Part shown: piece by piece, positions 19,729-30,320 of the stretch
How positions within the stretch are numbered: position 1 is the first letter of the stretch
Layout: each line of letters begins with the position of its first letter
DNA from: an uncultured delta proteobacterium
GTDB taxonomy: Bacteria; Myxococcota_A; UBA9160; SMWR01
Length of the DNA stretch: 64,000 bases
Direction: 5' to 3'
Assembly: GCA_963832165.1 (NCBI GenBank)
Contig: CAWHTE010000007.1
Span: 32,001 to 96,000, forward strand
Program-made: the position numbers and the translations under genes
Notes under the pieces: model-generated
Seen by the model: the letters and a program-made list of their open reading frames with translations, nothing else
What the model was told of the DNA's origin: nothing
The model's database searches: none

Positions 19729-21834
19729 ATGCGGCTGCGCGCTCTCGTTCGGGAGTGGGTCGCGCTGCTGTTCGTGGCGGCGTTGTGCGCCGCGTGCGGC
19801 GACTACGGCGGCGGCTCGAGCAACGAGAATGCGTCGACGCCCAGCAACGGGTTCCTCGATCTCTCGGCGTCCGCGGGTGGCATCGCGGCATTCCAGTCCA
19901 CCGTGTACCCGATCGTGCGCCAGTACTGCGCCACCTGTCACGCGGGCAGCGGCCCGGGCTCGCCGCACATCGCGCACTCTGACGTCGCGACGGCCTATCG
20001 GGCGATCACGGGCCAGGGCAAGGTGAACCTCGGCAGCCCCGCGTCGTCGCGGATCGTGGTGAAGGTCTCGGCGCTCGCGCACAACTGCTGGAGCAACTGC
20101 GCCGACGACGGCGCGGCGCTGGCCGTGGCGATCCAGGCCTGGGCCGACGCGGTGAACTACGGCGACGGCGGCGTGACCGTGGATGGAGCGCTCGCGAGCC
20201 GTTCGCAGTCGCTTGCCGACGGCATCATCGACACCGGAGGCGAGCGCTATACGGGCAACCTGGTCGCGCTCTACGAGTTCAAGGAAGGGAGCGGCAGCGT
20301 CGCGCACGATACGAGCGGAAACATGCCGCCGATCGACCTGACACTGCGCGATCAGGTCGACTGGATGACGTCGTGGGGCGTCGACTTCGAGGCGGGAACG
20401 CTGATCGCGACGGCCCAGGCGAGCCGGCGGATCTACGACCGGATCGCGGATCCGGAGGTCGGCACGCAGCAGTACACGGTCGAGGCCTGGATCACGCCCG
20501 ACAACATCGACCAGGGTGCCGATTCCGCGGCGCGCGTGGTGACCTACTCGGGCAACGGCAACAGCTTCATGCTCGCCCAGTCCGAGTACAGATATCAGGC
20601 GCGCACGCGTTCGATCTCGACCGGGGCGCTCGACGGCGGCTTCAACGGTCTGCCGGCGCTGAATACCTCCGACGCGGACCGCGACGCACAGGACCGGCTC
20701 CAGCACGTCGTGGTGGTCTACGACCAGTTCCGCGGGCGCCGGATCTACGTGGACGGCCACTGGACCGGAGACGTCGACCCGATCGCGCCGGGACGCCTCT
20801 GGAACTGGGACCCCATGCAGCGGCTCGCGCTCGGCGCGGAGCCCGGCAACAGCGGGATGTGGAAGGGGCAGATCCGGCTGGTCGCGATCTACGCGCAGGC
20901 GCTCACCGAATCGGAGATCCAGCAGAACTTCGAGGCCGGAGTCGGCGAGCGGCGCCTGCTGCGCTTCGACGTGGCAGAGTGGATGGGCGAGGGCAATGCG
21001 GTCGAGTTCACGGTCACCGACTTCGACCCCTACAGCTATCAGTTCTGCCAGCCGACACTGCGCAGCCCGGAACCGAACGGCTCCCGGATCGCGAACATCC
21101 AGATCGCGGTGAATGGCGAGATCGCGCCGAGCGGGCAGGGCTTCGAGACGATCGACACCACCGCCGCGGCCACCAAGCAGGAGCTGTCGCGCCAGTGCAC
21201 GATCATTCCAAAGGGCGCGAACGGTCCCGACGGCGACCAGTTCACGCTCGTCTTCGATCACCTCGGCGGATACCAGAACGTCGTCGTCGAAGACGACGTG
21301 CCGCTGGCGCCGATCCCGCTCGATCCGACGCCCTTGCCCGTAAACGGCATCCGCGACTTCCTGCGCATCAACGCGTCGTTCGCTTCGCTGACCGGGCAGA
21401 GCCGCAGCATCGCGGCGGGCACCTTCGCCGAGATCGAGCAGCAGCTGCCGTCGGGTCACGACGTGCGCTCGTTCGTGTCGTCTCAGCAGGTCGCGATCTC
21501 GAAGCTCGCGCTCGACTACTGCTCCGCGCTGATCGACGGTCCGGGCCGCGACGCGTTCTTCCCGGGCTTCGATTTCACGGCGCCGCCGACCACGGCGTTC
21601 GCGACCCCCGCGCAGCGCGACCTGATCTTCGATCCGCTGTTCGACCGGATGGTCGGTGACGCGCTGGCCATGCAGCCGTCGCGCGAACAGGTGCTGGCCG
21701 AGCTCGACGCGATGACCGATCGCCTGCTCGTGGCGTGCGCGACGCCGGGCGCTTGCACCGCGCAGCGCACCAACGCAATCGTCAAGGGCGCGTGCGCTGC
21801 CGTACTCAGCAGCGCAGCCGTGACGCTGCACTGA
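19729..21834 (+). CDS. Lipoprotein with CxxCH and LamG-like jelly-roll domain
   Basis: Lipobox CAAC, CATCH, HNCWSNC, LVALYEFKEGSG, YTVEAWITP, LQHVVVVYD and WKGQIRLVAIY (LamG-type). Confidence 0.85.
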   Translation: MRLRALVREWVALLFVAALCAACGDYGGGSSNENASTPSNGFLDLSASAGGIAAFQSTVYPIVRQYCATCHAGSGPGSPHIAHSDVATAYRAITGQGKVNLGSPASSRIVVKVSALAHNCWSNCADDGAALAVAIQAWADAVNYGDGGVTVDGALASRSQSLADGIIDTGGERYTGNLVALYEFKEGSGSVAHDTSGNMPPIDLTLRDQVDWMTSWGVDFEAGTLIATAQASRRIYDRIADPEVGTQQYTVEAWITPDNIDQGADSAARVVTYSGNGNSFMLAQSEYRYQARTRSISTGALDGGFNGLPALNTSDADRDAQDRLQHVVVVYDQFRGRRIYVDGHWTGDVDPIAPGRLWNWDPMQRLALGAEPGNSGMWKGQIRLVAIYAQALTESEIQQNFEAGVGERRLLRFDVAEWMGEGNAVEFTVTDFDPYSYQFCQPTLRSPEPNGSRIANIQIAVNGEIAPSGQGFETIDTTAAATKQELSRQCTIIPKGANGPDGDQFTLVFDHLGGYQNVVVEDDVPLAPIPLDPTPLPVNGIRDFLRINASFASLTGQSRSIAAGTFAEIEQQLPSGHDVRSFVSSQQVAISKLALDYCSALIDGPGRDAFFPGFDFTAPPTTAFATPAQRDLIFDPLFDRMVGDALAMQPSREQVLAELDAMTDRLLVACATPGACTAQRTNAIVKGACAAVLSSAAVTLH

Positions 21835-21863
21835 ACGCGCGGAGCAGGCAGGAGAACGAAGCG

Positions 21864-23366
21864 ATGTCGAAGCGATACGGCGAAGGGCAGCTGGCCCCGT
21901 TCCGCCACGCGAATCACCCGCGGCCGGTGACGCGGCGCCAGTTCCTCGCCCAGGGCTTCATCACGGGCGCGGCCTGGATCGCCGCACCGAGTCTTCTGGG
22001 TTTGTTCAAGAGCAGCGAGGCGCGCGCGCAGGCGGTGGTGTCGTGCGGCCTCGGAGCGGCAGGCAACAAGATCCCGTTCCTGGTCTTCGACCTCGCCGGC
22101 GGTGCCAGCATCGCGGGCTCGAACGTGCTGGTCGGTACGCAGACGCAGCTCGACCCGCTCTCGCCCGAGGGCTACACGAAGGTCGGCCTGCCCGCGGGCC
22201 GCACGCCGGTCGATCCGCTGTTCGTCGACACCTCGCTCGGACTCGCCTTCCACAGCGAGAGCGCGCTCCTGCGCGGGATCCGGCGGCGCGCCACCCAGAC
22301 CACGCTCGACCGCACGAACGGCGCGGTGTTCTGCGCGCGCTCCGACAACGACACCGACAACAACCCGCACAATCCGGTGTATGGCATCCGCGCCGCGGGC
22401 GCCGAGGGCGGACTGCTCGCGCTCGTGGGCACCGAGGCGAGCGACTCGGGCGGCAACTCGGCGATGCCGATGTCGATGTTCGACCCCACGGTGCGCCCGA
22501 CCAAGGTCGCGTCGCCGGGCGAGGCGCGCGGTCTCGTCGACACGGGTCAGCTCGTGTCGCTGCTGGGGAACTCAGCCGACGCCGCGGCCGTGATGGCGGC
22601 AGCGGAGGCGATCAGCGGCAGCAAGGTGACGAAGCTCCCCGAGACCGACCTCGTGAAGGCGCTGATCAACTGCTCCTACCAGGAGACCACGGAGCTCGTC
22701 GAGCGGTTCGGCGATCCGAACCAGCTCGACCCGACGTTCGACCCGCGGCTCACCGCGATCATCAGCCAGGCGGAGCTCACGCAGAGCGAGTTTCGCAAGA
22801 CCGCGTCGATCATGAAGCTCGTGCTCGGCGGGTTCGCGGGCGCGGGGACGATCGAGCTGGGCGGCTACGACTATCACGACGGCACGCGCGCCACGGGCGA
22901 GCGCAAGGACGAGATCGCGGGTCAGGCGGTCGGCGCAGCGCTCGAGTACGCCGCGGCGGTCGGCCGGCCGCTCGTGATCTATCTCGTGAGCGACGGCTCG
23001 CTGTCGAGCGACGGAGTGGTCGACAACTCGGTCGATGGCGCGGGCAAGCTGGCGTGGCGCGGCGACGACTCGGATACGTCCTCGACCGTGATGCTGGTGT
23101 TCGATCCGGACGGACGTCCCGGCCTCACCGCTCCGGGAAAGAATCAGATCGGGCGCTATCGCGCCTCGGGCTCGGTGGAGACGAACACGTCGCCGATCGC
23201 GGACAACGTCCCGGCGCTGGCCGAGGCCATCGTGCTCAACTATCTCGCCCTGCACGGCGAGATCGGGCGATTCACGACCGTGCTGCCCGGCGCGACCCTC
23301 GGCGGCAGCGCCGCGGTGCTGGACGCGCTCACCGCGTTCGCGCCACTGCGACGCTTCGGCGGGTAG
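21864..23366 (+). CDS. Tat-exported hypothetical protein (DUF1501-like; not a true GspF)
   Basis: VTRRQFL twin-arginine signal, FDLAGGA, GGYDYHDGTRATGE and YLVSDGS; AGGAG RBS. Confidence 0.8.
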   Translation: MSKRYGEGQLAPFRHANHPRPVTRRQFLAQGFITGAAWIAAPSLLGLFKSSEARAQAVVSCGLGAAGNKIPFLVFDLAGGASIAGSNVLVGTQTQLDPLSPEGYTKVGLPAGRTPVDPLFVDTSLGLAFHSESALLRGIRRRATQTTLDRTNGAVFCARSDNDTDNNPHNPVYGIRAAGAEGGLLALVGTEASDSGGNSAMPMSMFDPTVRPTKVASPGEARGLVDTGQLVSLLGNSADAAAVMAAAEAISGSKVTKLPETDLVKALINCSYQETTELVERFGDPNQLDPTFDPRLTAIISQAELTQSEFRKTASIMKLVLGGFAGAGTIELGGYDYHDGTRATGERKDEIAGQAVGAALEYAAAVGRPLVIYLVSDGSLSSDGVVDNSVDGAGKLAWRGDDSDTSSTVMLVFDPDGRPGLTAPGKNQIGRYRASGSVETNTSPIADNVPALAEAIVLNYLALHGEIGRFTTVLPGATLGGSAAVLDALTAFAPLRRFGG

Positions 23367-23507
23367 CCCGAATCGTTCGCGCTGGGTCGCGGCGCGGACG
23401 AGCAGCGCGATGCGGGCGGGTGTGCCAAGCTGGGCGCCCGCGGCGAGGCGGGGCATTCCCTCCGAGGGAGCGGGATCCCCAACAACTTCGCTAGCTTTCG
23501 CTTCTCA

Positions 23508-23584
23508 GCGCCCATAGCTCAGTTGGATAGAGCGTCAGGTTGCGGACCTGAAGGTCGCATGTTCGAGTCATGCTGGGCGCGCCA
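23508..23584 (+). tRNA. tRNA-Arg (anticodon GCG)
   Basis: Acceptor stem GCGCCCA/TGGGCGC plus G-CCA; D-arm AGCTC-AGTTGGATA-GAGC with A20; anticodon arm TCAGG-TTGCGGA-CCTGA; T-loop GTTCGAGTC. Confidence 0.95.
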
Positions 23585-23647
23585 CCCATCTCCGCTCCAA
23601 CGCGGGCACGCGGGCGGTCGGCTTCGTCGCTGACCGCCCGCGTTCGT

Positions 23648-23926
23648 CTAGGAAGCCGCGGGGGTGCTCGGACCCCGGCGGTTCTTGTGCACGATCGCGC
23701 CCAGGATCAACAGGAACGCCAGCCCGCGTACCACGTAGATCGACGGCTTCGCCTCGGCGGGGTTCTCCGCGAACAGCTGCAGCGCGCGGTTGACCCCTTC
23801 GATTGCGAAGGCCGCCGCGAACGCCATGAACAGCACGTCGCGGGTCTGCTTCCAGAACTTGAGGAAGAACAGGCTCGCGGTCAGCGACGCCGTCACGATC
23901 ACGCCGAGCAGGAAGCCCTCGATCAT
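23648..23926 (-). CDS. Small 3-TM membrane protein, DUF5985-like
   Basis: FLLGVIV...LFFLKFWKQTRDVLFMAFAAAF...YVVRGLAFLLILGAIVHKN. Confidence 0.75.
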   Translation of the reverse strand: MIEGFLLGVIVTASLTASLFFLKFWKQTRDVLFMAFAAAFAIEGVNRALQLFAENPAEAKPSIYVVRGLAFLLILGAIVHKNRRGPSTPAAS

Positions 23927-24186
23927 GATTTGTCGCTCTCCCACACCAGACCGAAGAGCAGCAGGACCATCGCGAGCGCGCCGACGCCGAGGCGCCACAG
24001 GTAGAGATCGACGTCGGGCACCACCACGATATCCACGAACACCAGTGCGTTGGCGATCGTGAGCCCCGCGAAACAGATCGCGCTCCACAACAGCAGTCGG
24101 AGCCTGACGCGCGTGTAGGCGCGCAGCAGCAGGAACGTGCACAAGAGCGTGACGATCGTGCCGACGATGTAGACGATCGGCGCCAG
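23923..24186 (-). CDS. Small 3-TM membrane protein, DUF5985-like
   Basis: LLLRAYTRVRLRLLLWSAICFAGLTIANALVFVD...LLLFGLVWE; probable CTG start; stop overlaps the next ATG. Confidence 0.72.
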   Translation of the reverse strand: MAPIVYIVGTIVTLLCTFLLLRAYTRVRLRLLLWSAICFAGLTIANALVFVDIVVVPDVDLYLWRLGVGALAMVLLLFGLVWESDKS

Positions 24187-24189
24187 TGT

Positions 24190-24570
24190 TCAGTCCTTCT
24201 TGATCGAGAACGCGCGCGCGAACTCGCGCACGGCGGCCGACGGCTTCGAATGGATCGAGTGCGCGACGAGGATCAGATTCTTGCGATACACCCCCGCCAC
24301 TCGGCTCATCAGACCACTGCGCTCGTCCCACGCCGGGTCATAGGAAAAACCCTCGCCGTTCATGCTGACGAGTCCTCGACTCGCCAGATCGCGAAGGATC
24401 TGGTCCGCGGTGTCCGGCGCCACGTAGATGCGCGCGGCGATCCGGTCGGCGTCCCAGCGATCCGGCGCGCTCTCCCACAACAAGAGCAGCGCTTCCAGAT
24501 GCGGCACCGAATCGATCTGATCTTCGATGAACGCCAGAACATCCGCGGGCAGCACAGAAGAACGATCCAT
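24190..24570 (-). CDS. Winged-helix-like hypothetical protein preceding the DUF5985 pair
   Basis: FIEDQIDSVPHLEALLLL...WDADRIAARIYV...LRDLASRGLV, ending VREFARAFSIKKD. Confidence 0.7.
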   Translation of the reverse strand: MDRSSVLPADVLAFIEDQIDSVPHLEALLLLWESAPDRWDADRIAARIYVAPDTADQILRDLASRGLVSMNGEGFSYDPAWDERSGLMSRVAGVYRKNLILVAHSIHSKPSAAVREFARAFSIKKD

Positions 24571-24624
24571 CGTCCAGCGCCCACTCCCCTCATCTCGCGA
24601 AAACGAACATAACCAAGCCGCGCG

Positions 24625-24640
24625 TGTGATGCCCATCACA
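24625..24640. promoter_or_regulatory. Consensus CRP box TGTGA-N6-TCACA
   Basis: TGTGA-tgccca-TCACA, 55 bp upstream of the 24570 start codon. Confidence 0.65.
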
Positions 24641-24868
24641 TTGCGAATTCGCGAGCTGTGGAAAACTGCGCGCGCCCGAGAGTTGGCGATGGCTGGAATG
24701 CAGTGGCCTTGATGCAGTTGGGTTGGCCACTCCGGGCCCTTCAGAAAGAGCGAACGTACCAGGCCGCCTCTGTCGGGTGTGAGCCTCGACCACGAGCGGG
24801 GGCTCCGTGGTCTTAGACGGAGGCGGCCTTGCTTCGCGCCCTTCGCGCGGCGTGCGGTCGCTGGATCT

Positions 24869-24902
24869 GGCGGGTTACGGCCATCGCCCCGATCCGCCCT
24901 AC
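24869..24902 (-). repeat. GTAG-type REP element
   Basis: Reverse complement GTAGGGCGGATCGGGGCGATGGCCGTAACCCGCC: GTAG followed by an imperfect palindrome. Confidence 0.65.
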
Positions 24903-24913
24903 GATCCGCGTTC

Positions 24914-25399
24914 ATGCGTGGTCTGTTGCACCTCGCGCTGCGCTTCGCCTATCGGCTCCAGCTCGCCTGGTGGTTCGTGCGGCGCCCCGTGCTCCACGGC
25001 CCGTACATCGCGGTGTGGCACGGCGAGCGCGTGCTCGTGATCCGGAACTCCTATCGGGAGCGGTTGTCGTTCCCGGCCGGCGGCCGCAGGCGCACCGAGA
25101 CGCTGCTCGATACCGCGCAGCGCGAGCTGCAAGAAGAGGTCGGGATCCGGGCCGAGGCGGATCAGCTCGCCTACTACGGCGAGATCGTGCAGACGATCAG
25201 CGGCGCACAGGACCACGCCCACTTCTTCGAGCTGCGCTGCAGCACGGCGCCCGAAGTGCGCGTCGATGGGCTCGAGGTGGTCTGGGCGGACTTCCTCACG
25301 CCCGACGAGGCACTCGCGCGTGGCGTGGTCGGCGTGGTGCGGCGATATCTGGAACAGCAAGTCGCGCGCAGCGAGCCGAAGGCGAGCGAAGTCCATTAG
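24914..25399 (+). CDS. NUDIX hydrolase
   Basis: FPAGGRRRTETLLDTAQRELQEEVGI Nudix box. Confidence 0.88.
   Translation: MRGLLHLALRFAYRLQLAWWFVRRPVLHGPYIAVWHGERVLVIRNSYRERLSFPAGGRRRTETLLDTAQRELQEEVGIRAEADQLAYYGEIVQTISGAQDHAHFFELRCSTAPEVRVDGLEVVWADFLTPDEALARGVVGVVRRYLEQQVARSEPKASEVH
25357..25395 (+). repeat. 39 bp direct repeat, copy 1
   Basis: GCAAGTCGCGCGCAGCGAGCCGAAGGCGAGCGAAGTCCA; 35/39 identical to 26642-26680. Confidence 0.7.
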
Positions 25400-25418
25400 G
25401 CGGGCCGAGCGAAGACCA

Positions 25419-26626
25419 TCAGGCTCTGCGCGCGCCGACGCCACCGCCGCCTCGAACGATGCCCCCTCGCGCATCATCCGCCGGTAGCCCATCAGCTGGC
25501 GCACGCGGTTGACCGCGAGCGCACCGCGGAGCACGCCCTTGCGGCCGAACAGCGCAACGAAGCGCCGCTCGGCAAGCGAGCCGTGCGCGACGAATACCTC
25601 GTCGTCGGGCGCGATCCGGCCCGCGGCCTGGATCTTCAGGTCGTACTGATCGGACCACACGAACGGAATCGGCGCGAACGGCGCGGTACCGGGCCCGTCG
25701 AGCAGACGCGCCGCCGCCGCGTCCGCCTGCTCCACCGCGTTGGTCCAGTGCTCGATCCGCAGCGACTCGCGGTAGCCCTCGTGGTACCAGCGCGCCACGT
25801 CGCCGGCCGCGACTACGCCGGGTGCGCGCGTGGCGCACGTGGCGTCGCATACCACACCGTCGGCGAGCTCGAGCCCGGAGCCCGCGAGCCAGTCGGTCGC
25901 GGGCGTGGCGCCGATGCCCACGACGACGACATCGGCGGAGATCTCGCTGCCGTCGGACAGGCGCACGCGCTCGACGCGCTCGCCGCCGATCACGGCCTCG
26001 ACACCCACGCCGAGCCGCAGGTCGACGCCGTGATCGCGGTGCACGTTCGCACACACGGCGCCGATCTCGGGCGCGAGCACGCGCGCCATCGGCGATGCGA
26101 GCGGCTCCACCATCGTCACCTCGATCCCGCGCCGGCGGCAGGTCGCTGCCACCTCGGCGCCGATGAAGCCAGCGCCCACCACCACCACGCGCGGCCCGCG
26201 CGCGAGGTGCGCGCGCAGCGCGAGCGCGTCATCGATCGTGCGCAGCGTGAAGAGTCCCGCGAGCGCGGGTGCGCCCGGCAGCGGCCGCGCAACCGCACCG
26301 GTCGCGATCACGAGGCCGTCGTACGCGATCACTTCGCCGCCTTCGAGCGTCAGGCGCCGTGCCTCCGCGTCGAGGGACTGCGCGCGCACGCCGAGCCGCA
26401 GGTCGAGCTCGAGCGCGTCGAACGCCTCCGGCTTATTGAGGCGGATCTGATCCAGCTCGCGATCTCCGCGCAACAGCTCCTTCGAGAGCGGGGGGCGGTC
26501 GTAGGGGCGCTCGCGCTCGGCGCCCACGAGCACGAGCCGGCCCGCGTAGCCGCGGCGACGCAGCGCCTCCGCGCAGCGGATCCCGGCGAGCGAGCCGCCG
26601 GCGATGACGATGGTCTCGAGGGACAG
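25419..26626 (-). CDS. FAD-dependent NAD(P)H:ferredoxin reductase (putidaredoxin reductase-like)
   Basis: IVIAGGSLAG, PYDRPPLSK, LVIATG, VVGAGFIGAE, AAGD, EHWTNA and WSDQYD. Both ends approximate; the 3' end reads through into the NUDIX gene, probably from an indel near 25430. Confidence 0.9.
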
Positions 26627-26641
26627 GGGGGATCTCCGAAC

Positions 26642-26680
26642 GCAAGTTTCGCGCAGCAAGCCGAAGGCGAGCGAAGACCA
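26642..26680 (+). repeat. 39 bp direct repeat, copy 2
   Basis: GCAAGTTTCGCGCAGCAAGCCGAAGGCGAGCGAAGACCA. Confidence 0.7.
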
Positions 26681-26720
26681 GCGAGCGCGCACGATAGCGC
26701 TCCTGCCCGGCGCGCTCGGG

Positions 26721-26840
26721 TGCAACAAGACGACTGCAGCCAAGCGCTGCCAGGTGCAGTGCGCGTGCTGCACTTCCGGTGGCTGCCCGGCTGCAACTCG
26801 TTGATTTTCCTAGGGGTGAAGACCGGGCACGCGGCTTGCT
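26721..26840 (+). promoter_or_regulatory. Sigma54 promoter with tandem enhancer sites and IHF site
   Basis: TGCA-N10-TGCA at 26721-26738 and 26755-26772; IHF consensus WATCAANNNNTTR on the minus strand at 26794-26806 (AATCAACGAGTTG); GGCAC-GCGGC-TTGC (GG-N10-GC) at 26826-26839. Confidence 0.8.
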
Positions 26841-26913
26841 CTCCGGGTTCCCCATGATGCGCTTGGGATTCCCGTTCTCGCCCGCTCATACTGAATGGCA
26901 CTGCGGAGGACCC

Positions 26914-27984
26914 GTGAAGCGCGATTCGTGGGACGACGCGGACGACGGCGATGAATCACGCGACGCACGCCGGCGGCGACGCCGGCGCCGCCGCCACGGA
27001 CGGCCGCTGTCGGACGAGGAGCGCGCGTGGCGCCATGCGAAGCAGCGCGCGCAGGCGCGGATCGGCTTCTACACCCACCTGCTGACCTACGCGGTCGTGT
27101 GCACCTTCCTGCTCGCATCGACGCGCGGCCGAGCGGGCCTCGGCGTGGCGTTCTTCTGGGGCATCGGCATTGCGTTCCACTTCGTGAGCGCCGTGGTCGG
27201 GCCCGACCTGCGCCGGCGCATGATCGAGCGCGAGGTGGAGCGGCAGGTGCAGCGAAAGGTCGCCACGGGCGTCTCGCGCGAGCGCCACGCGCTCTCCGAT
27301 CAGCACGCGCGCTCGCTCGAGGATCTCTCGGCACAGGTCGCGCACGAGATCCGCAACCCGATCACCGCGGCGAAGAGTCTCGTGCAGCAGATGGGCGAGG
27401 ATCCGACGTCGGGCGAGAACGTCGGCTATGCGAAGGTGGCGCTCGAAGAGCTCGACCGCGTCGAGCGCTCGGTCGCGCACCTGCTGCGCTACGCGCGCGA
27501 GGAGGACATGCGCCTCGCCGACGTATCGATCGGCTCGGTGGTCGACTCCGCGCTCGAGACGCTGCGCGAGCGGATCGACGCGCAGCGCGTACGCCTCGTG
27601 CGCGAGAACGGACGCGACGGCGTCGTGCGCGCAGACGCCGAGAAGCTGCGGCGCGTGGTGATCAACCTCGTGAGCAATGCGCTCGACGCGCTCGCGGAAG
27701 CGCTCCGACGGCCATCCGATCCTCGAGGTGCTCGCGGGCGAGAATCTCGCGGGCACCGAGGTCTGGCTGCGCGTGCGCGACAACGGTCCCGGCATCGACG
27801 CGCGCGCGCTCGCGCAGATCTGGAGCCCGTTCTACAGCTCGAAGGAATCCGGCACGGGCCTCGGGCTCGCGATCGCGAAGAAGGTGGTCGAGGCGCACGG
27901 CGGCACGATCGAGGCAAGTTCGCAGCCGGGCGCGGGCGCCGAGTTCACGATTTCGCTCCCGAAGCCGCACGCGGACGACCGCTC

Positions 27985-27988
<4 letters not shown>
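26914..27988 (+). CDS. Sensor histidine kinase with 2TM input domain; frameshift near 27700
   Basis: GFYTHLLTY...[10 protein letters not shown] (2TM), VAHEIRNP (H box) and NLVSNALDA (N box); the second frame gives [21 protein letters not shown] and HGG. Confidence 0.9.
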
Positions 27989-29455
<1,467 letters not shown>

Positions 29456-29490
29456 GCGAGCGCGAAGGCCCGGCAAGACTGGAGGAAACG

Positions 29491-30210
29491 ATGAACCCCA
29501 CGATCGATCGACCCCACGGCGTCCTCGCGCGATTCATGCACCTCGTGCGCGTCGCGTGCAACGGCTGGCTGCGGCGCAGCGAGCGCCGCAATCCGGCTGC
29601 CGTGTACGAGCAGGCGATCGAGGACCGCGCGCGGCAGTACCGCGAGCTCAAGGAGGCGGTCGCCGGGATCCTCTACATGCGCAACAAGCTCGAGGCCGAG
29701 ATCCACGAGCGGCGCATCGAGGTGGCGCGCGTCGAGGAGGATGTGCGCGGTGCGGTCGGCCGCGGACAGGACGACCTCTCGCTCACGCTGATCGAGCACA
29801 AGCAGCGCCTGGCCGAGGACCTCGAGCGCACCGAGCGCGAGCTCGAGACGGTGCGCCGCGAGGCCGACGACGCGAAGAGCAATCTGCTGCGCTTCCGAGA
29901 AGAGCTGCGCAGCCTCGCACGCGAGAAGGGGCGCATGCTCGCGACGCTCGCCAACGCGGTCGCGCGGCGGCGTCTGTCCGAGGCGCTCGAGGGCTTGTCG
30001 GTGGAGGCCGACGTGCGTGCGCTCGACGGAGTGCGCGAGCAGATCGCGCGGATCGCCACCGAAGGTCAGCTCGACCGCGAGCTCGCGGGTGCGGACGACG
30101 GCATGCGCGTACGCCTGCGCGCGATCCGCGAGGACGCGCGTCGCGACGCAGCTCGCCGCGAGCTCGAGGAGCGCAAGCGCCGCCCGGCGCCGCACGCGCT
30201 CCTCTCCTGA
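29491..30210 (+). CDS. PspA/IM30-family protein
   Basis: ERRNPAAVYEQAIED...LKEAVAGI...AVGRGQDDL long coiled coil with PspA-type motifs; GGAGG RBS. Confidence 0.82.
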   Translation: MNPTIDRPHGVLARFMHLVRVACNGWLRRSERRNPAAVYEQAIEDRARQYRELKEAVAGILYMRNKLEAEIHERRIEVARVEEDVRGAVGRGQDDLSLTLIEHKQRLAEDLERTERELETVRREADDAKSNLLRFREELRSLAREKGRMLATLANAVARRRLSEALEGLSVEADVRALDGVREQIARIATEGQLDRELAGADDGMRVRLRAIREDARRDAARRELEERKRRPAPHALLS

Positions 30211-30320
30211 GCGCGATCGCCATCGCCGCGAGCAGGAGCCGCCACCGGATCACGCGTGGCAGTCTACTGGACGCTACGCGCGCGATCGATCGGGCCGCGG
30301 CCGTCCGCGGTGCTGGCGAG

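Noticed and set aside
21864..23366. Type II secretion GspF, a label I recall being applied to similar proteins
   Set aside because: The protein has a Tat signal and no GspF membrane topology, and there are no other T2SS genes nearby.
23584..24900. Integrative element at the tRNA-Arg 3' end
   Set aside because: No integrase gene and no duplicated tRNA 3' end seen in the window.
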